From Narcine bancroftii (taxonomy: Eukaryota), in assembly GCF_036971445.1 (NCBI RefSeq), contig NC_091473.1:106330001-106394000 (forward strand): a stretch of 64,000 nucleotides of DNA, read 5' to 3'. Position 1 is the first letter of the stretch; each line of letters starts with the position of its first letter. A program made the position numbers and the translations under genes. Below, in pieces: positions 10,979 through 23,354 of the stretch. Under the pieces are notes generated by a model that worked only from the letters and a program-made list of their open reading frames with translations, was not told the origin of the DNA and did no database searches.

Positions 10979-13900
10979 ACCCCGACATGTGAAGATTTGT
11001 TAAAAAGAAGAAAAGAATTTAATCCTGTGAAAAAGACCTTATGGGAGAAAGGATTCCATTCATTTTTACGGTACCCTGCAACTTTGAAAATCTCCTTGCT
11101 GAATGGTCAAAACAAATTCTTTGTGAATCATCCACAAGCAGATAAATTTGTTCAAGGTCTGCCAAGACTACAGATTGGATGAAACCCTTGAAGTCTGACC
11201 GTGGTATTTAACTTTTCGAATAAAAAATTTTAACTGGAATAAGGAATTACTTTGTTTCTGAAATGTTTGATTTAAAGGAAAATATGTGATAAATTTTAGA
11301 AGGGTTAGGGAGGTGGAGAAAGGTGCTAACTACTGCTGATTAATGTGTGGGTATGTGACCTTGGTCACAGCCCACACAATAGAGGGTAACAGTGTTGCTG
11401 CTATCGGCAATGCAAGTCAGAGGTTTTTTATTCTCTATCTTTATTATATAATACTGTATTTTAGAATGTGTTTTATTTTACTATATTTTTGTACTTTTTC
11501 CTATCTTTGGATTGTCAGGAGGGTTCCAAAGGGGCATGATGGATGAACAGCAGTGGAGTTAAGTGGAAGAGTTTCATGGGGAAAGGTGATGGAAGTAGAG
11601 TGATAGAAATATATTAAGGTCAGTAAAACAACTAAATGTTTGAATTAATGGAACAATAAAGCAAAAAAAAGATTCTTGCACATATTAAAAAATTAGAAAA
11701 TATAAAGCTTTTCTACAAGAAACACATTTAATAGGAAAGGAACACTTTAAATTGAAAAGAAACTGGGTAAGTCAGGTTGTATCCTATTCATTTAATTCAA
11801 AATCAAGAGGAGTAATAATATTAATAAATTAAAATCTTCCAATTGATATTCAACATGTTGAAATGGATCCAGCAGGTAGATTGTAATGCTACATAGTCAA
11901 ATACTTTCTGAATTATGGACTCTTTTAAATATATATGCTCCTAATGTCGATGATGAGGTTTATTCAGGAAACTTTCTTTAATATGGCAAATGTACATGAG
12001 AATGTATTAGTAGGAGGTGATTTTAACTTTTGTATAGATCTGTGAAAGGAGTGACAAGATGTAAAGCAGCCAAAACAACTTTGACACTAATAAAAGATTT
12101 GAATTTAATAGATATATGGAGGAGGATACACCCTACAGAAAGAGACTATTCTTTATATTCTAGTAAGCATGATTCATACTCTAGAATAGATTTCTTTTTA
12201 CTCTCAGCGCAGCTTCAATGCAGAATACTTAATGTGAAGTATAAAGCAAGAATTTTATCTGATCATTCACCATTGATAATGCAGATTGAAATGCCTGATA
12301 AAGAGAAATTGGTTTATAGTTGGAGTTTAAATACTTTGCTTTTGAAAAGGTCAGACTTCTGTGGTTTTGTTTGAACATAAATTCAACTATTTTGTGATGT
12401 AAATTTAAGTTCAGTAAATGATATGTTTGTGATTTGAGATGCATTGAAAGCTTACTTAAGAAGCAAATAATAAGTTTTACTTCTAACATAAATAAAGAAT
12501 ATATGAAGAAAAATAAAGAATATATAAGAAAAATTGATCAATTAGAAAAAGAAATAACAGATATGGAAAAAAGATTTACAAATTAGTTCAGAAGGTAGGG
12601 GTCAACTGTTAATTAATAAGATGTTTCAATTAAATACCCTGCAGGCTTATAGAACAGAAAAACTAATAATAAGAACTAAACAGAGGTATTTTGAGCTAGA
12701 TCACATAAGGTGTTAGTGTGGCAATTGAAGACAGAAAAAACTTCAAGAATGATAAACACTATCTGGAAAGAATCTAATACAATTAGGTATAAATTATTCT
12801 TTTGAAAACTTTTACTCTAAGTTATATAGTTGGGATTCTTTAAAAGACTAAAGTAAAAATCAATAGGTATTTATTGCAAATAAATTTACCTAGGCTATCT
12901 TTGGAAGAACAGGTGGAATTGAATTCCTCCATTGATCAATCAGAAGTTAAAGTAGCAATGAGTACATTGCAAAGTAATAAATCTCCAGGGAAGGATGGTT
13001 TTCCATCTGAATTTTATAAAGAATTTAAGGATTTATTAACTCCTTTAATTATGGACATGATACAACAAGCATATTTAATGCATACATTACCTGAATCTTT
13101 TTCAACTGCAGTATTTGTTGTAATACCAAAAAAAGGAGACCCTTTGAAACCTGATTTATACCAATCAATATGTTTGTTAAATGCAGATTATAAAAATGTT
13201 GCAAAAATCTTGGCCAATAGAATAGAAAAGGAGTTTAGCTGCTGATAATGTAGTGAGATTGTTGAAAAAGATACCAGACTATTTTGGAACAGAGGGGTTT
13301 TAAATGATATACCTCCTTTTGTTCCAATTTCCCCATCTATCTTACTCCAGATATCCACTAAGTGTTTTAACAGAGGTGTATCTTTATTTCCTATCATTAA
13401 TTTTGAATTCCATTAATAAATAAAAGAAGCAGCTGTTTTTTCTCCAATTTTATAAAGTTTTATTTTAATCAGCATTGGTATGTTTTCTCCTTCATTTATT
13501 CATTTCTCCTTCATTTATTCATTTAGCACCAAAAAAATTAGATTTAAGTTTATCTGTGGTGTTAGATGCAGAAGAAGCATTTGACAGATTGGAATGGGAT
13601 TTTTATTTAAGGTACTGGAAAAATTTGGACTTAGACAAAACTTTATTAACTGGATCAAAGCATTGTATACTAGTCCAAATGATAAAATAGTAACAAATGG
13701 GCAGATATTTACTCCATTTCATTTTCATTTACAACAGTCTAGTACACAAAGATGTCCTCTGTCACCTGCATTATTTGTATTAGCAAATGAGCCACTTGCA
13801 GAAATAATTAAATAATTAGGGTGCAGAAATTAAGGAGTTTAGAATCAGTCAAGAAAAGTATAAAATTAGTTTATTTGCAGATGATGTGTTGATATATTTG

Positions 13901-14887
13901 ACTGAGACTGAACTATCCTTAAGACAACCACATCATAGGCTGGAAGAATATGGACAAGTTTCAGGACAAAATAAATTGGGATAAGACTGAAGTTATGTCC
14001 TTTACAAAAGGGGATTATATGCAATGTCAAAGAAATACCCAATTTAAATGGACAAAAATTGGGATATTTAGGGGTTAGGACAGATGATAATTTAAAGAAT
14101 TTAAATAAACTGAATTATTTACCATTCCTTCATAAAGTTGAAAAGGATCTGACAAAATGGATAACCCTATTACTTTAATAGAGAGGGTTAACTGTATAAA
14201 GTTGAATATTTTTACAAGAATTCAATACCTTTTTCAAATACTACGTATTTCATTACCTCAAAAAAATTTTAAGTATCTTAATAAAGGTGTGAGAAAATGT
14301 TTATGGAAAGGCAAAAGGTCATAGGTATCAATGCAAAAGTTAACATGGAAATATGAAATGGGGGGACTACAACTTCAAAACTTTGACAATTATTATAAGA
14401 TAGCCCAAATGAGATTTATTGCATCTTTTTTGAAGGAGAAAACATACCAGCATTGATTAAAATAAAACTATAAAAAATTTATTTATAAATTGATTCAAAA
14501 TTAATGATAGGAAATAAAGATACACCTCTGTTAAAACACTTACTGGATATCTGGAGTAAAATAGATGGAACAAAAGGAGGTATATCATCTAAACCCCTCT
14601 GTTCCAAAATAGTCTGATACCTTTTTCAAAAGGTAATCAGTTTTTGAAACTATAGTCAGATAAAGGAATTAAAACCATTAAAGATTGTTATGATTTGGGT
14701 CTCTAAAAAAGTTTTTTAAAACTCTTTATTATTAAATAATAAGGTAATTTTTTTAATACGGAGTATTTGGGAATTCCAAACATAATGAGACTGGAGTGTG
14801 ATCTGAGATGACAAAACTTTGATACTCACAAGATTTAACCAAGGTCATTAGTTGGTTGTCATTTAAAAAATAATCCTGGTTTAGGTG

Positions 14888-16335
14888 GGGGGACATCATG
14901 TGATGCCGTAGGGTTAGAACATAGGAACATGACCCTCCTGGTGAATTAGTAAAACAAATACAGAATAAGAAATGTTTTAAACTATTAAAAACTTTTAAAA
15001 TACATTTAAACACTGCTACAATATTTTTGAAATGCCTCCAAAGAAAGCTAAAGCTGCTGCTGCCTTATTTGGAGCCCAATGTGAAGACCAAAAGAGATCT
15101 GAGGCTTAGCACAAGTCAGAAGCAGAGAGTTAGCATTTAAGCTACTCCCTGGATGAGTGATGCTGCCAAAGGAACTTCTGCTGACATGGCTCTCCCGCAA
15201 CGATGGAGAGATGGCATAATCCGGAAGCGCCTCGCACGTGCATGAATAGCCGAGTCCTTCAGAAATGCCGTCAGAGGAAGAAGAAGAGTCAGGCTCGCAA
15301 TGGACCAGCAGTGAAGAGGAAGTAAATGAAGAGGAAGATTAGCAATTAGAAGAGGAGGTACTGAAAGAAGTGAAAACTTTTAAAAGTTAGTGTAAAGTAG
15401 ACGATATAACCAACATTGATTCATTAATAAAAGAATTTCATGAAATGAGAAGTGAAAGGAGAAATAAATAAAGTTCTGGAAGTTGTTAATAAAATGAAGA
15501 GGAAAATTGATAAATTAGATAAATTGGAAAATGAATAAAATACAGGGAAAAATGCATTAATTCTAAGGCAAGAAGAATGGCAATTTTTGTGAGAAAAGAT
15601 CTTCCAATGAAAATATAAAATGTAGTAATTGATCCTGCAGGGAGATATGTGATGGTACATTGTCAAATATATTCAGAATTATCGACTCTTTTAAATCTCT
15701 ATGCACCAAATGTGGATGATGAAAAATTTATACAATAAATATTTTTTGAATTTAGCAGAGGCACATGAGAATATTTTAATAGGAGGAGATTTTAATTTTT
15801 GTTTGGATCCAATTTTAGATAGAACTAATACAGCAAAAGCTACATTGGTATTAATGAGAGACTTGAATTTAATAGATGTGCAGAGAAGAATTCACCCCAG
15901 AGGAAGGGATTATTCAAATAGGCATAATTCCTATTCTGGAATTAATTTATTTTTTAAATTTCAGCACAATTACAAGGTAGGATATTAGACTTAGAATATA
16001 AAGCAAGAATTTTGTCTGACAATTCGCCTCTATTAATGATGATTGTTATACCTGATAAAGAGAAATTATCCTATTGATGGAGATTGAACTCATATTTATT
16101 AAAAAGAACAGATTTTCAGGATTTTATCAGAAAATAAACACAGTTATTCCGTGATGTAAACTTGAACTCTGTGAATGATAAATTTGTAATATGGAATGCT
16201 TTGAAAGCATATTTGAGAGGTCAAATTATAAGCTTTACTTTTAGAATCAAGGAGTATATGAAAGAGGTAGACCAATTAGAACAAGAAGTTAAAATCAAAA
16301 CAACAGTTTTGGAAAAAGATCTTCAAAAGAAATAT
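14888..16335 (+). mobile_element. Second L1-clade element: 5'UTR, partial ORF1, ORF2 endonuclease region
   Basis: G-rich 5' start, an MPPKKAK-type ORF1 start, then ENILIGGDFNFCLDP and WNALKAYLRGQII. Confidence 0.75.
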
Positions 16336-16339
16336 TTCC

Positions 16340-17502
16340 CTTGTAAGGAACAGTCCTCTTTAAAGAAACATATACATTTCCCCCTTAAAAATACACACAC
16401 ACATCCCTAGTTCTGACGGTAAAGTAAGCAGTAAAACCCAGAAGCTCAAGAAAAAAGCCCGCAGAACTTTCCAAAGAAGAAGAAGCCCTCCCTTTAGTGC
16501 CATTTTTTAAAACCACTCCTCTCCTGGCACCATTTTACCTCTTAGATTGGAGTTCCCACCTTGCCACTTTCCTTTCTCTCCAGAGCTCTCCATGTATATC
16601 ACAGTGTTTTTTTTTCCATTTTAACAGTAAAAATAAGATGGTTCAATACTACATTTTAATCTTCTTTCAATCTTTTTATCTGCCAGCTTTAATCTTTTCA
16701 CAGGTTTCATAAAAATCCTTTCATTTCTTCCTTGAAAATTCTTTGATTACCTTCTGAGACATCGATCCTCAGTGTTGCTGGGTAAGTCATTGAGTATTTT
16801 AAGTTTTTGGATTGCAGTTGTTTCTTTACCTCGTCAAATTCTTTTCTTTGTTTGACCAAGGCAGGGCTAAAGTCCTGGAAAAACATTACTTTTTCATTGG
16901 CAACCATTAATGGGCCATTGTTTCAAAAAAACTTACCAGGTCTTTTCCCTCCATTCCTTCTCTCAGTCCAATAATTCTTACATTATTATGTCTGCTGATG
17001 TTTTCCATATGGTCATTCTTGTCCATCAATCCTTTTCTCTCTGTGTCCCATGTTTTTGCTTTTTCTTCCAGAGTTCTTTAGCCTGTCTTTTGTTTTGTTC
17101 AGCTCAGTCTCCACTTGCATCATTCATTTTGTTAAGTCTTCCACACTTTCTTTAATTCCAATATCATTACCAATATGCTCTCTTATTGCTGATTCAACAA
17201 GGTTTCCATCTTGTTCAAGATATTGGCTATATCTTGGGCCAAACTCCCAGCTCTGCCAGGTTCAGCCAGTCCCAAGGCCCCTTCTATGCCACTCCTCATC
17301 AGGTTTTCACTCGATGTTCCTGGTTGAGCTGCCATTTCTTCAGTTTTTGTTTTTGGTTGCCTTGGTCATTTAGTACTAGTTTCATCCATTTTTGATGATG
17401 AAATTCTGATTTTTGAACTTTAAAACCATCTTTTTAATATTTTTCCTTGAGAACTCTTTCAGAACACATCAGCTCAGATCCTTTGCATGGCCACACCCCC
17501 TC
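16340..17502 (-). mobile_element. L1-clade 5'UTR/ORF1 fragment in the opposite orientation
   Basis: ORF 16707-16907 (-) FFQDFSPALVKQRKEFDEVKKQL...YPATLRI is an L1 ORF1 C-terminal domain. Confidence 0.8.
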
Positions 17503-18982
17503 AAATGAGATTTCTCACTTCTTTTTTTGTATGAGTAGAAAAACCAGCATGGGTTAAAATAGAATTGGATAGAATAGGAAAAAATTAGCAGAGGAATTAA
17601 ATATAAATGGGACTCAGAATTAATATTTGATGTTAAAGAAACACCTTTATTGAAACACTTGATTATTGTTTGGAATAAGATAAATAATGAAATTGAAACA
17701 AAAGGAAGAATATCACCTAAAATGCCTTTGATTCAAAATAATCTTGTAACTTTTTCAAAGAACAATCGATTTTTTAATACTTGGTTGCATATAGATATTA
17801 AAAATATTGAAGATTGTTATGAACAAGGCCAACTGACATTATTTGAATAACTGAGGAATAAATATGGAATACCTAGTAATACTCTTTTCTGTTATTTTCA
17901 ACTGAGAGTATGTTTAAGGGAAAAGTTAGGTCCAGAGATGCAACTACCTACTTGTAGTGAGGTGGAAACCCTTATTAGGAGAGGAAACACTAAGAAATGT
18001 ACTTCTGCAATTTATCTTTTATTGAAAACAGGAACTATTAAACAAAACATAAATGGGAGTTAGTCTTGAATATTACAATTGATGAGCAAAGATGATCGGA
18101 TCTCTGTTAAGCTTGAATGACAGATACTATTAATGTAATGATTAGTTCAGTCTAATTTTTTACATCAGTTATATTTGATGTCACAAAAATTTAATAGAAT
18201 GAAATCTGATTTGTTAGATCAATGTTTTAGATGGGGTGAGGAGATACGTAGTTTCTTGCATTCAACCTGGTCATGCTCCAAGGTAAGACCTTTTTGAGTG
18301 GATTTAGGTAACTTTTTAGAACAAGTTACAGGCATTACATTTCCATTAAACCCAAATTTATTCATATTGTGGAATATAGAAGGAACAAGACCTAAATTGA
18401 AATTATCAATTTATCAAATGAAATTTGTTAAAATAGTATTAGCAGTAGCAAGAAAGTGTATTGCACTGACCTGGAAATCAGATTCATATTTAGATATGGG
18501 AAAATGGAATGCAAAAATTCAAAGCTGTATCCCTTTAGAGAAAATTTCATATAATCTGAGAAATAAATATCTTATATTTTTGTGAATCTGGAGGCCGTAT
18601 ATGTAAATTTTAGGTATAAATACATAGAAATGTTCTTCCAGCCTCTTAAGACCTGTGTCAGCCTCTTCCTTAAATTGATCATATAAACTTTATTGGAGTA
18701 CAGTGTATTGGAAAGTAATNNNNNNNNNNNNNNNNNNNNNNNNNNNNNNNNNNNNNNNNNNNNNNNNNNNNNNNNNNNNNNNNNNNNNNNNNNNNNNNNN
18801 NNNNNNNNNNNNNNNNNNNNNNNNNNNNNNNNNNNNNNNNNNNNNNNNNNNNNAGAGGGGGGGAAGGGGGATTATAACCATCATATAATGAATGAAATTT
18901 TCTTCAATTTAAACATTTATTGTTCTATATAATGGTTTAATAATTACATATAAGTAAAAAATCTTAAAATATTCAAAAAAAA
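17503..18982 (+). mobile_element. L1-clade ORF2 3' end and 3'UTR (spans the assembly gap)
   Basis: HSTWSC zinc-knuckle region, ARKCIALTWK and CIPLEKISY, with an A-rich tail near 18955-18982. Confidence 0.8.
18720..18853. other. Assembly gap (134 N)
   Basis: Run of N in the sequence. Confidence 1.
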
Positions 18983-19204
18983 TCTTGGTATAGGCCTTAT
19001 GAATGGTTGAGAAAAAAGAGTAATCCCCAGAGGTAGGATTCAACAATCTCCATACCTCATATACTCCCATATTATGATAAGAAGGAATGTATTGTTAATT
19101 GAGAGATTAGTCTTTTTTTCCAAAGAACAGTCTAAAATTGTGTTCAAACAATAATTAAAATCTCAACCTAAAATTACTAAGTATTGGGAAAGGTCCAATA
19201 AAAG

Positions 19205-21150
19205 ATCATGGCTTTCCCTTCCTGAAGTCAACAATTATTGTTAAGGGACCATGTGAGGTTCTCGGCCAAGTGCACCTTGGTTTTGGTGACATTGAGTGCA
19301 AGGTTGTCGTTGGTGCACCATTCAACCAAGTTTTCAATCACCCCTTTTTATAAAGCCCTCTACCACAGTATTGTAGTGAATTTGTAGATGATGTTGATAT
19401 CATGCCAAGCCACACAGTCATAGGTGTAAAGCAGGGGCTAAGATAGCCCTGTGGTGCTTTGGTTCTGATGGATATTGTGTTCAATTACAAGTTTATTGTT
19501 TCATGTACCAAGGTGAGTGATAGAGTTTGCTTTGTGAGCAGGCCATTCAGACATCTCACATATTGCACAAGTTTGACACAAAACTAAAGTGCAGTTGAAG
19601 AGAGATGTCTTTTGGTATAGAGCAAAGGCAACATGATCTTATTATTTTGAGGTTCATTCAGGAGACTGATAATGGCAGGAGATAAACTGTCCTTGAATCT
19701 GCTGGTGCATGATCTGATACTCATAAATCTTCTTCTTGATGAGAGTGTGGCCAGGGTGTGATGAGTCTTTTAATATGTGGGGTGCTTTTCCAAGGCAGCA
19801 GGAGTTAGAGGTAGAGGAGATGGAGATATGTGTGATGGCCCAAGCTGCATTCGCAATCCTTTCCAGTTTCTTGCAGTCTTGGATGGAGCAGCTCGTATAC
19901 CACACAGTAGTTCACCCTGACAGGATACTTACAATACTGCACCTGTAGAAAATTCTTGGACTTGCTGACATTGAGATGTTTTATCCCAATGCTAAGCCAT
20001 TAGTCCCATCTAATGTGGACCTGGTTCATTGATATGTGAATTAGAGTGGCTCAAGGGTGAATGGTAGGCTGGAGTTAATATGAGCCATGACCAATTTCTC
20101 AAAGTGCTTCATGATAGTGGATGTGAGAGTTACCAGCCGGTTGTCATTTAGGCCCATCATTACATTCTTCTTTGGCACTGGGATGAAAGTAACATTCTTG
20201 AAAAAGGTGGGTATCATATTGGAAAGAGCGGTTGAAAATGTCTGTGAATACAATCACCAGTTAGTCTGCTCAGACGCAGAGGACACATCCAGGGACTCCT
20301 TCTGGTCTAATTGCTTTCTTTAGGTTCACTCTCTGGAGGCCACTCTGACATCTACAGCAGTGACCATAGGTGTCCTATCCCCAAATGTTCTGGGAGTTCA
20401 GGAGTCTGATGGCTTGGGAGAAAAAGCTCTTGCCAAATCTGGACTTAAGGGCCCAAGTACCTCCTACCAGATGGGAGAAGGGGGAACAGTTTACTTGAGG
20501 GGTGTGTGGAGTCCTTCACTATGTTTATTGCCTTTCGCCTGAATCGAGTGTTGTAAATGTCATTCATGGTAGGAAGAGAGCCCTCAATGATCTTTTTCCA
20601 TTGATTTCACTATCCTCTGCAGGGTCTTGCAGTCCAAGGAGGTACAACTTACAAACCAGGTGGTGATGCAGTTGCACAGGATACTCTGAAGAATATAGTG
20701 TGGATGGAAGGTGGGAGATGAACTTTCCTCAGCCTTCGCAGAAAGTAGAGGCGATTCTGGACTTTCTTGGCTATGGAACTTGTGTTAAGGGCCCTCTAGA
20801 AATCGATAACTATCTCTTTTGTTTCTTTAAAGTTCAGATACAGGCAGTTGGCGACTTCACTTCATCTGTGTACGCTGACTCGTCATTCTTACTGATCAGG
20901 CCCACCACGGTTGTGTCATCAGTGAACTTGATGATTTAGTTTGAACTGTGTTTAGCTGCACAGTCGTGGGTCAGTAGAGTGAACAGCAGTGGACTGAACA
21001 CACAGCCCTGGGGGGGGGGGGGGGGGGGCGGCATTCTCAGTGTGATAGTCTTGGAGATGCTGTTACCGATCTGGACTGCCTAAGATCATCCCCACAGGAA
21101 GTCAACAATCCAATTACAGAGGGAGGTGTTTAGACCCAGCAGGTTGAAAA
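19205..21150 (-). mobile_element. Cluster of Rex1/Babar-type LINE fragments
   Basis: ORFs 19654-19905 (ILKDSSHPGH) and 20041-20253 (IPVPKK...LNDNRLVTLTSTIMKHFEKLV), plus KFTDDTTVVGLI read on the minus strand at ~20895-20930. Confidence 0.8.
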
Positions 21151-22251
21151 CAGAATCCACAAAATATCCCATTGTTTGAGAGCTTAAATGCTCCAAAAGA
21201 TTATTAGAGACCACCATCTTTTCAAAATGTTGCAGTTAAACTACTTTCAGGGAAAAATTATCTGATTTATTATAATGTCTACAATAGAGTACGGTGCAAA
21301 CCAAACAAATGCTGTAGAAAAATATAAAAAATAAAATAACCATATTAATTTACATACCTATGAGAATGACAGCTATTCTGAAATTCAAAATAATTGTAAT
21401 TTGAAGTCTGAAACGAAAGACTTTTTCATTAATAATCACCTTGCATTCTTATAATTTTGTTATGCACAGTCCATGAATTACAATGTAATTGCAGGCAATT
21501 AAATAGACAAACCATTGAAGAACACAGGCAAATGGGATTAGTGTAGTTGAGTAAAAAAGAGATTTTCATGAGCATTTTTGTGTTGTACAATTCTATGACC
21601 TAGAGTCTTAAATATCTTGTTTGCCTGATATTCCTAATTTCCTGTTAACAGGAGTCATTAAAAACAATGATGACCAGAAAATATACGTAACCCAGGTGAA
21701 GCAAATTAATTTTCATGCCACATGTTTAGATTTTGTTCAGTCAAAGCCTAGGTGATCCATCTTCATCTTCATTCTAAGCTGAAAAAAGTATCAATGTTGG
21801 TAATGAAAGTTTGCAACAAGAATTTACTCTTTTAATGAAAAACTAATGAATGGAATATTTGGTGGTTATGTTAAATTTTTAGTCTGAACAGAATCAGCAT
21901 CGAAAGGCAGGTATCAAATAAATATAAAATATGTGATTTTTTTCTGATGGATGGAGTGAGAGTCTAGCCTTAACTGACAAATGGAACTGGTCCTTTTAAT
22001 AAATGGTGTGGAGAGTATTTGAGAAACTAAGTGGCTATATATTTATCAAAAAGTACTCAACTTGTGAGTGTTCAATGTTTGTTTTATATGTGCCCAATGA
22101 ATTAGAACCTGTTCTGCAAAGGGCCATGCAAAATTAGTTGTGGAACTAACTTTTTTACAAACTAAAATGATATAGTAGCAGTTCCCATTTATGGTAAAAG
22201 TCGTGAAGCCTTTTTCTCCTTTTATAGTTTACAATTCAGTACCAAAGCCAA

Positions 22252-22932
22252 GGTCAAAGTCAAAGTTTAGATTTATTGTCAGAGAACATACATGACATCA
22301 CATACAACCCCAAGATTCTTTTTTCCTGCTGATGAGGCAGAATTACCACATATTGGTGATGCAAAAAAGACTGTCCTCGATGTACATATGTAAACAAAGA
22401 AATGTAAGCAAACTGACTGTGCAATACAGAGAGAAAAAAACAATATCGTGCAAAAGTAAGAGTCCATAACAAAATCCCTGATTGAGTTTGTGGTTGAGCA
22501 GTCTGATGATGGAGGGGAATCAACTGTTGATGAACTTGGTGGTGTGAGTACTGGGGCACCTTTACCTCTTTCCTCATGGAGGCAGTGAGAACACAGCATT
22601 TTCTGGGTGATGTGGATCCTTATTGATTGCTGCTGTTCTATGATGGCAGTGTTCCTTGTAGATGTTCTCTATGGTGGGGAGGAGGGTTTAGCCTGTGATG
22701 TGTCCACTTTCTACTCAGGAGTATTGGTGTCCCAATACCAGACCGTAATGCAGCTGGTCAGCATAACTTCCACCACCAATATGGTAGAAATTTGCCAGGG
22801 TTTTCAATGTCATACCAAACCTCCACAAATTCCTGACAAAGTAGAGGCGCTAACATGCTTTCTTCATGACGCCATTTGTGTGTTGGGTCCAGGAAAGATC
22901 TTCCAAGATAGTGACTCCCAAGAACTTAAATT
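22252..22932 (-). mobile_element. Rex1/Babar-type LINE 3' end
   Basis: Minus strand reads KFLGV..LEDL.W at ~22880-22930. The tail aataaatctaaactttgactttgacct has short tandem repeats. Confidence 0.75.
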
Positions 22933-23354
22933 GTCTCCTAAGAAACCAACCTTTACCTAAACCCAGATGTCAAATATTTGATTATTTATCAGAGCTATTA
23001 TCTATTCTTAGGCTGTCTCTCAGGATCTGAGGATGACTTACTTATTAACTTGATATCTATTCATGGATATCTTCAACATCTAACTCTGGCAGGGCATGGT
23101 ACTCACCTGTTTCAACAGGCATCAATCATACCGGTGCCCAAGAAGATTGTGGTAACCTCCCTAAATGACTATTGGCCAGTAGCACTCATGTCAACTGTGA
23201 TGAAGTGTTTTGAAAAACTAGTGTTGAAGCACATCAGCTTCTGTCTGAGTGGCAACATTGGATTCATTCCAATTTGCTTACAGTATGGTGGATGTGATCT
23301 CACTGGCTATACACAAGCACAGGAACACTAGGGCAATAAAAATACATACATCAG

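Larger units (their letters stand above)
9104..14705 (+). mobile_element. Decayed L1-clade LINE (5'UTR, ORF1, ORF2 APE + RT; 3' part missing)
   Basis: ORF1 motifs LENYRRRNNIKI, IEIERA, RYPATLKI. APE motifs GGDFN, YSRIDFF, SDHSP. RT motifs KSPGKDGFPSEFY, LDAEEAFD, CPLSPALF, LFADD. Many stops and frameshifts. Confidence 0.9.

Noticed and set aside
18690-18932. ORFs containing X runs
   Set aside because: Artefacts of the N gap.
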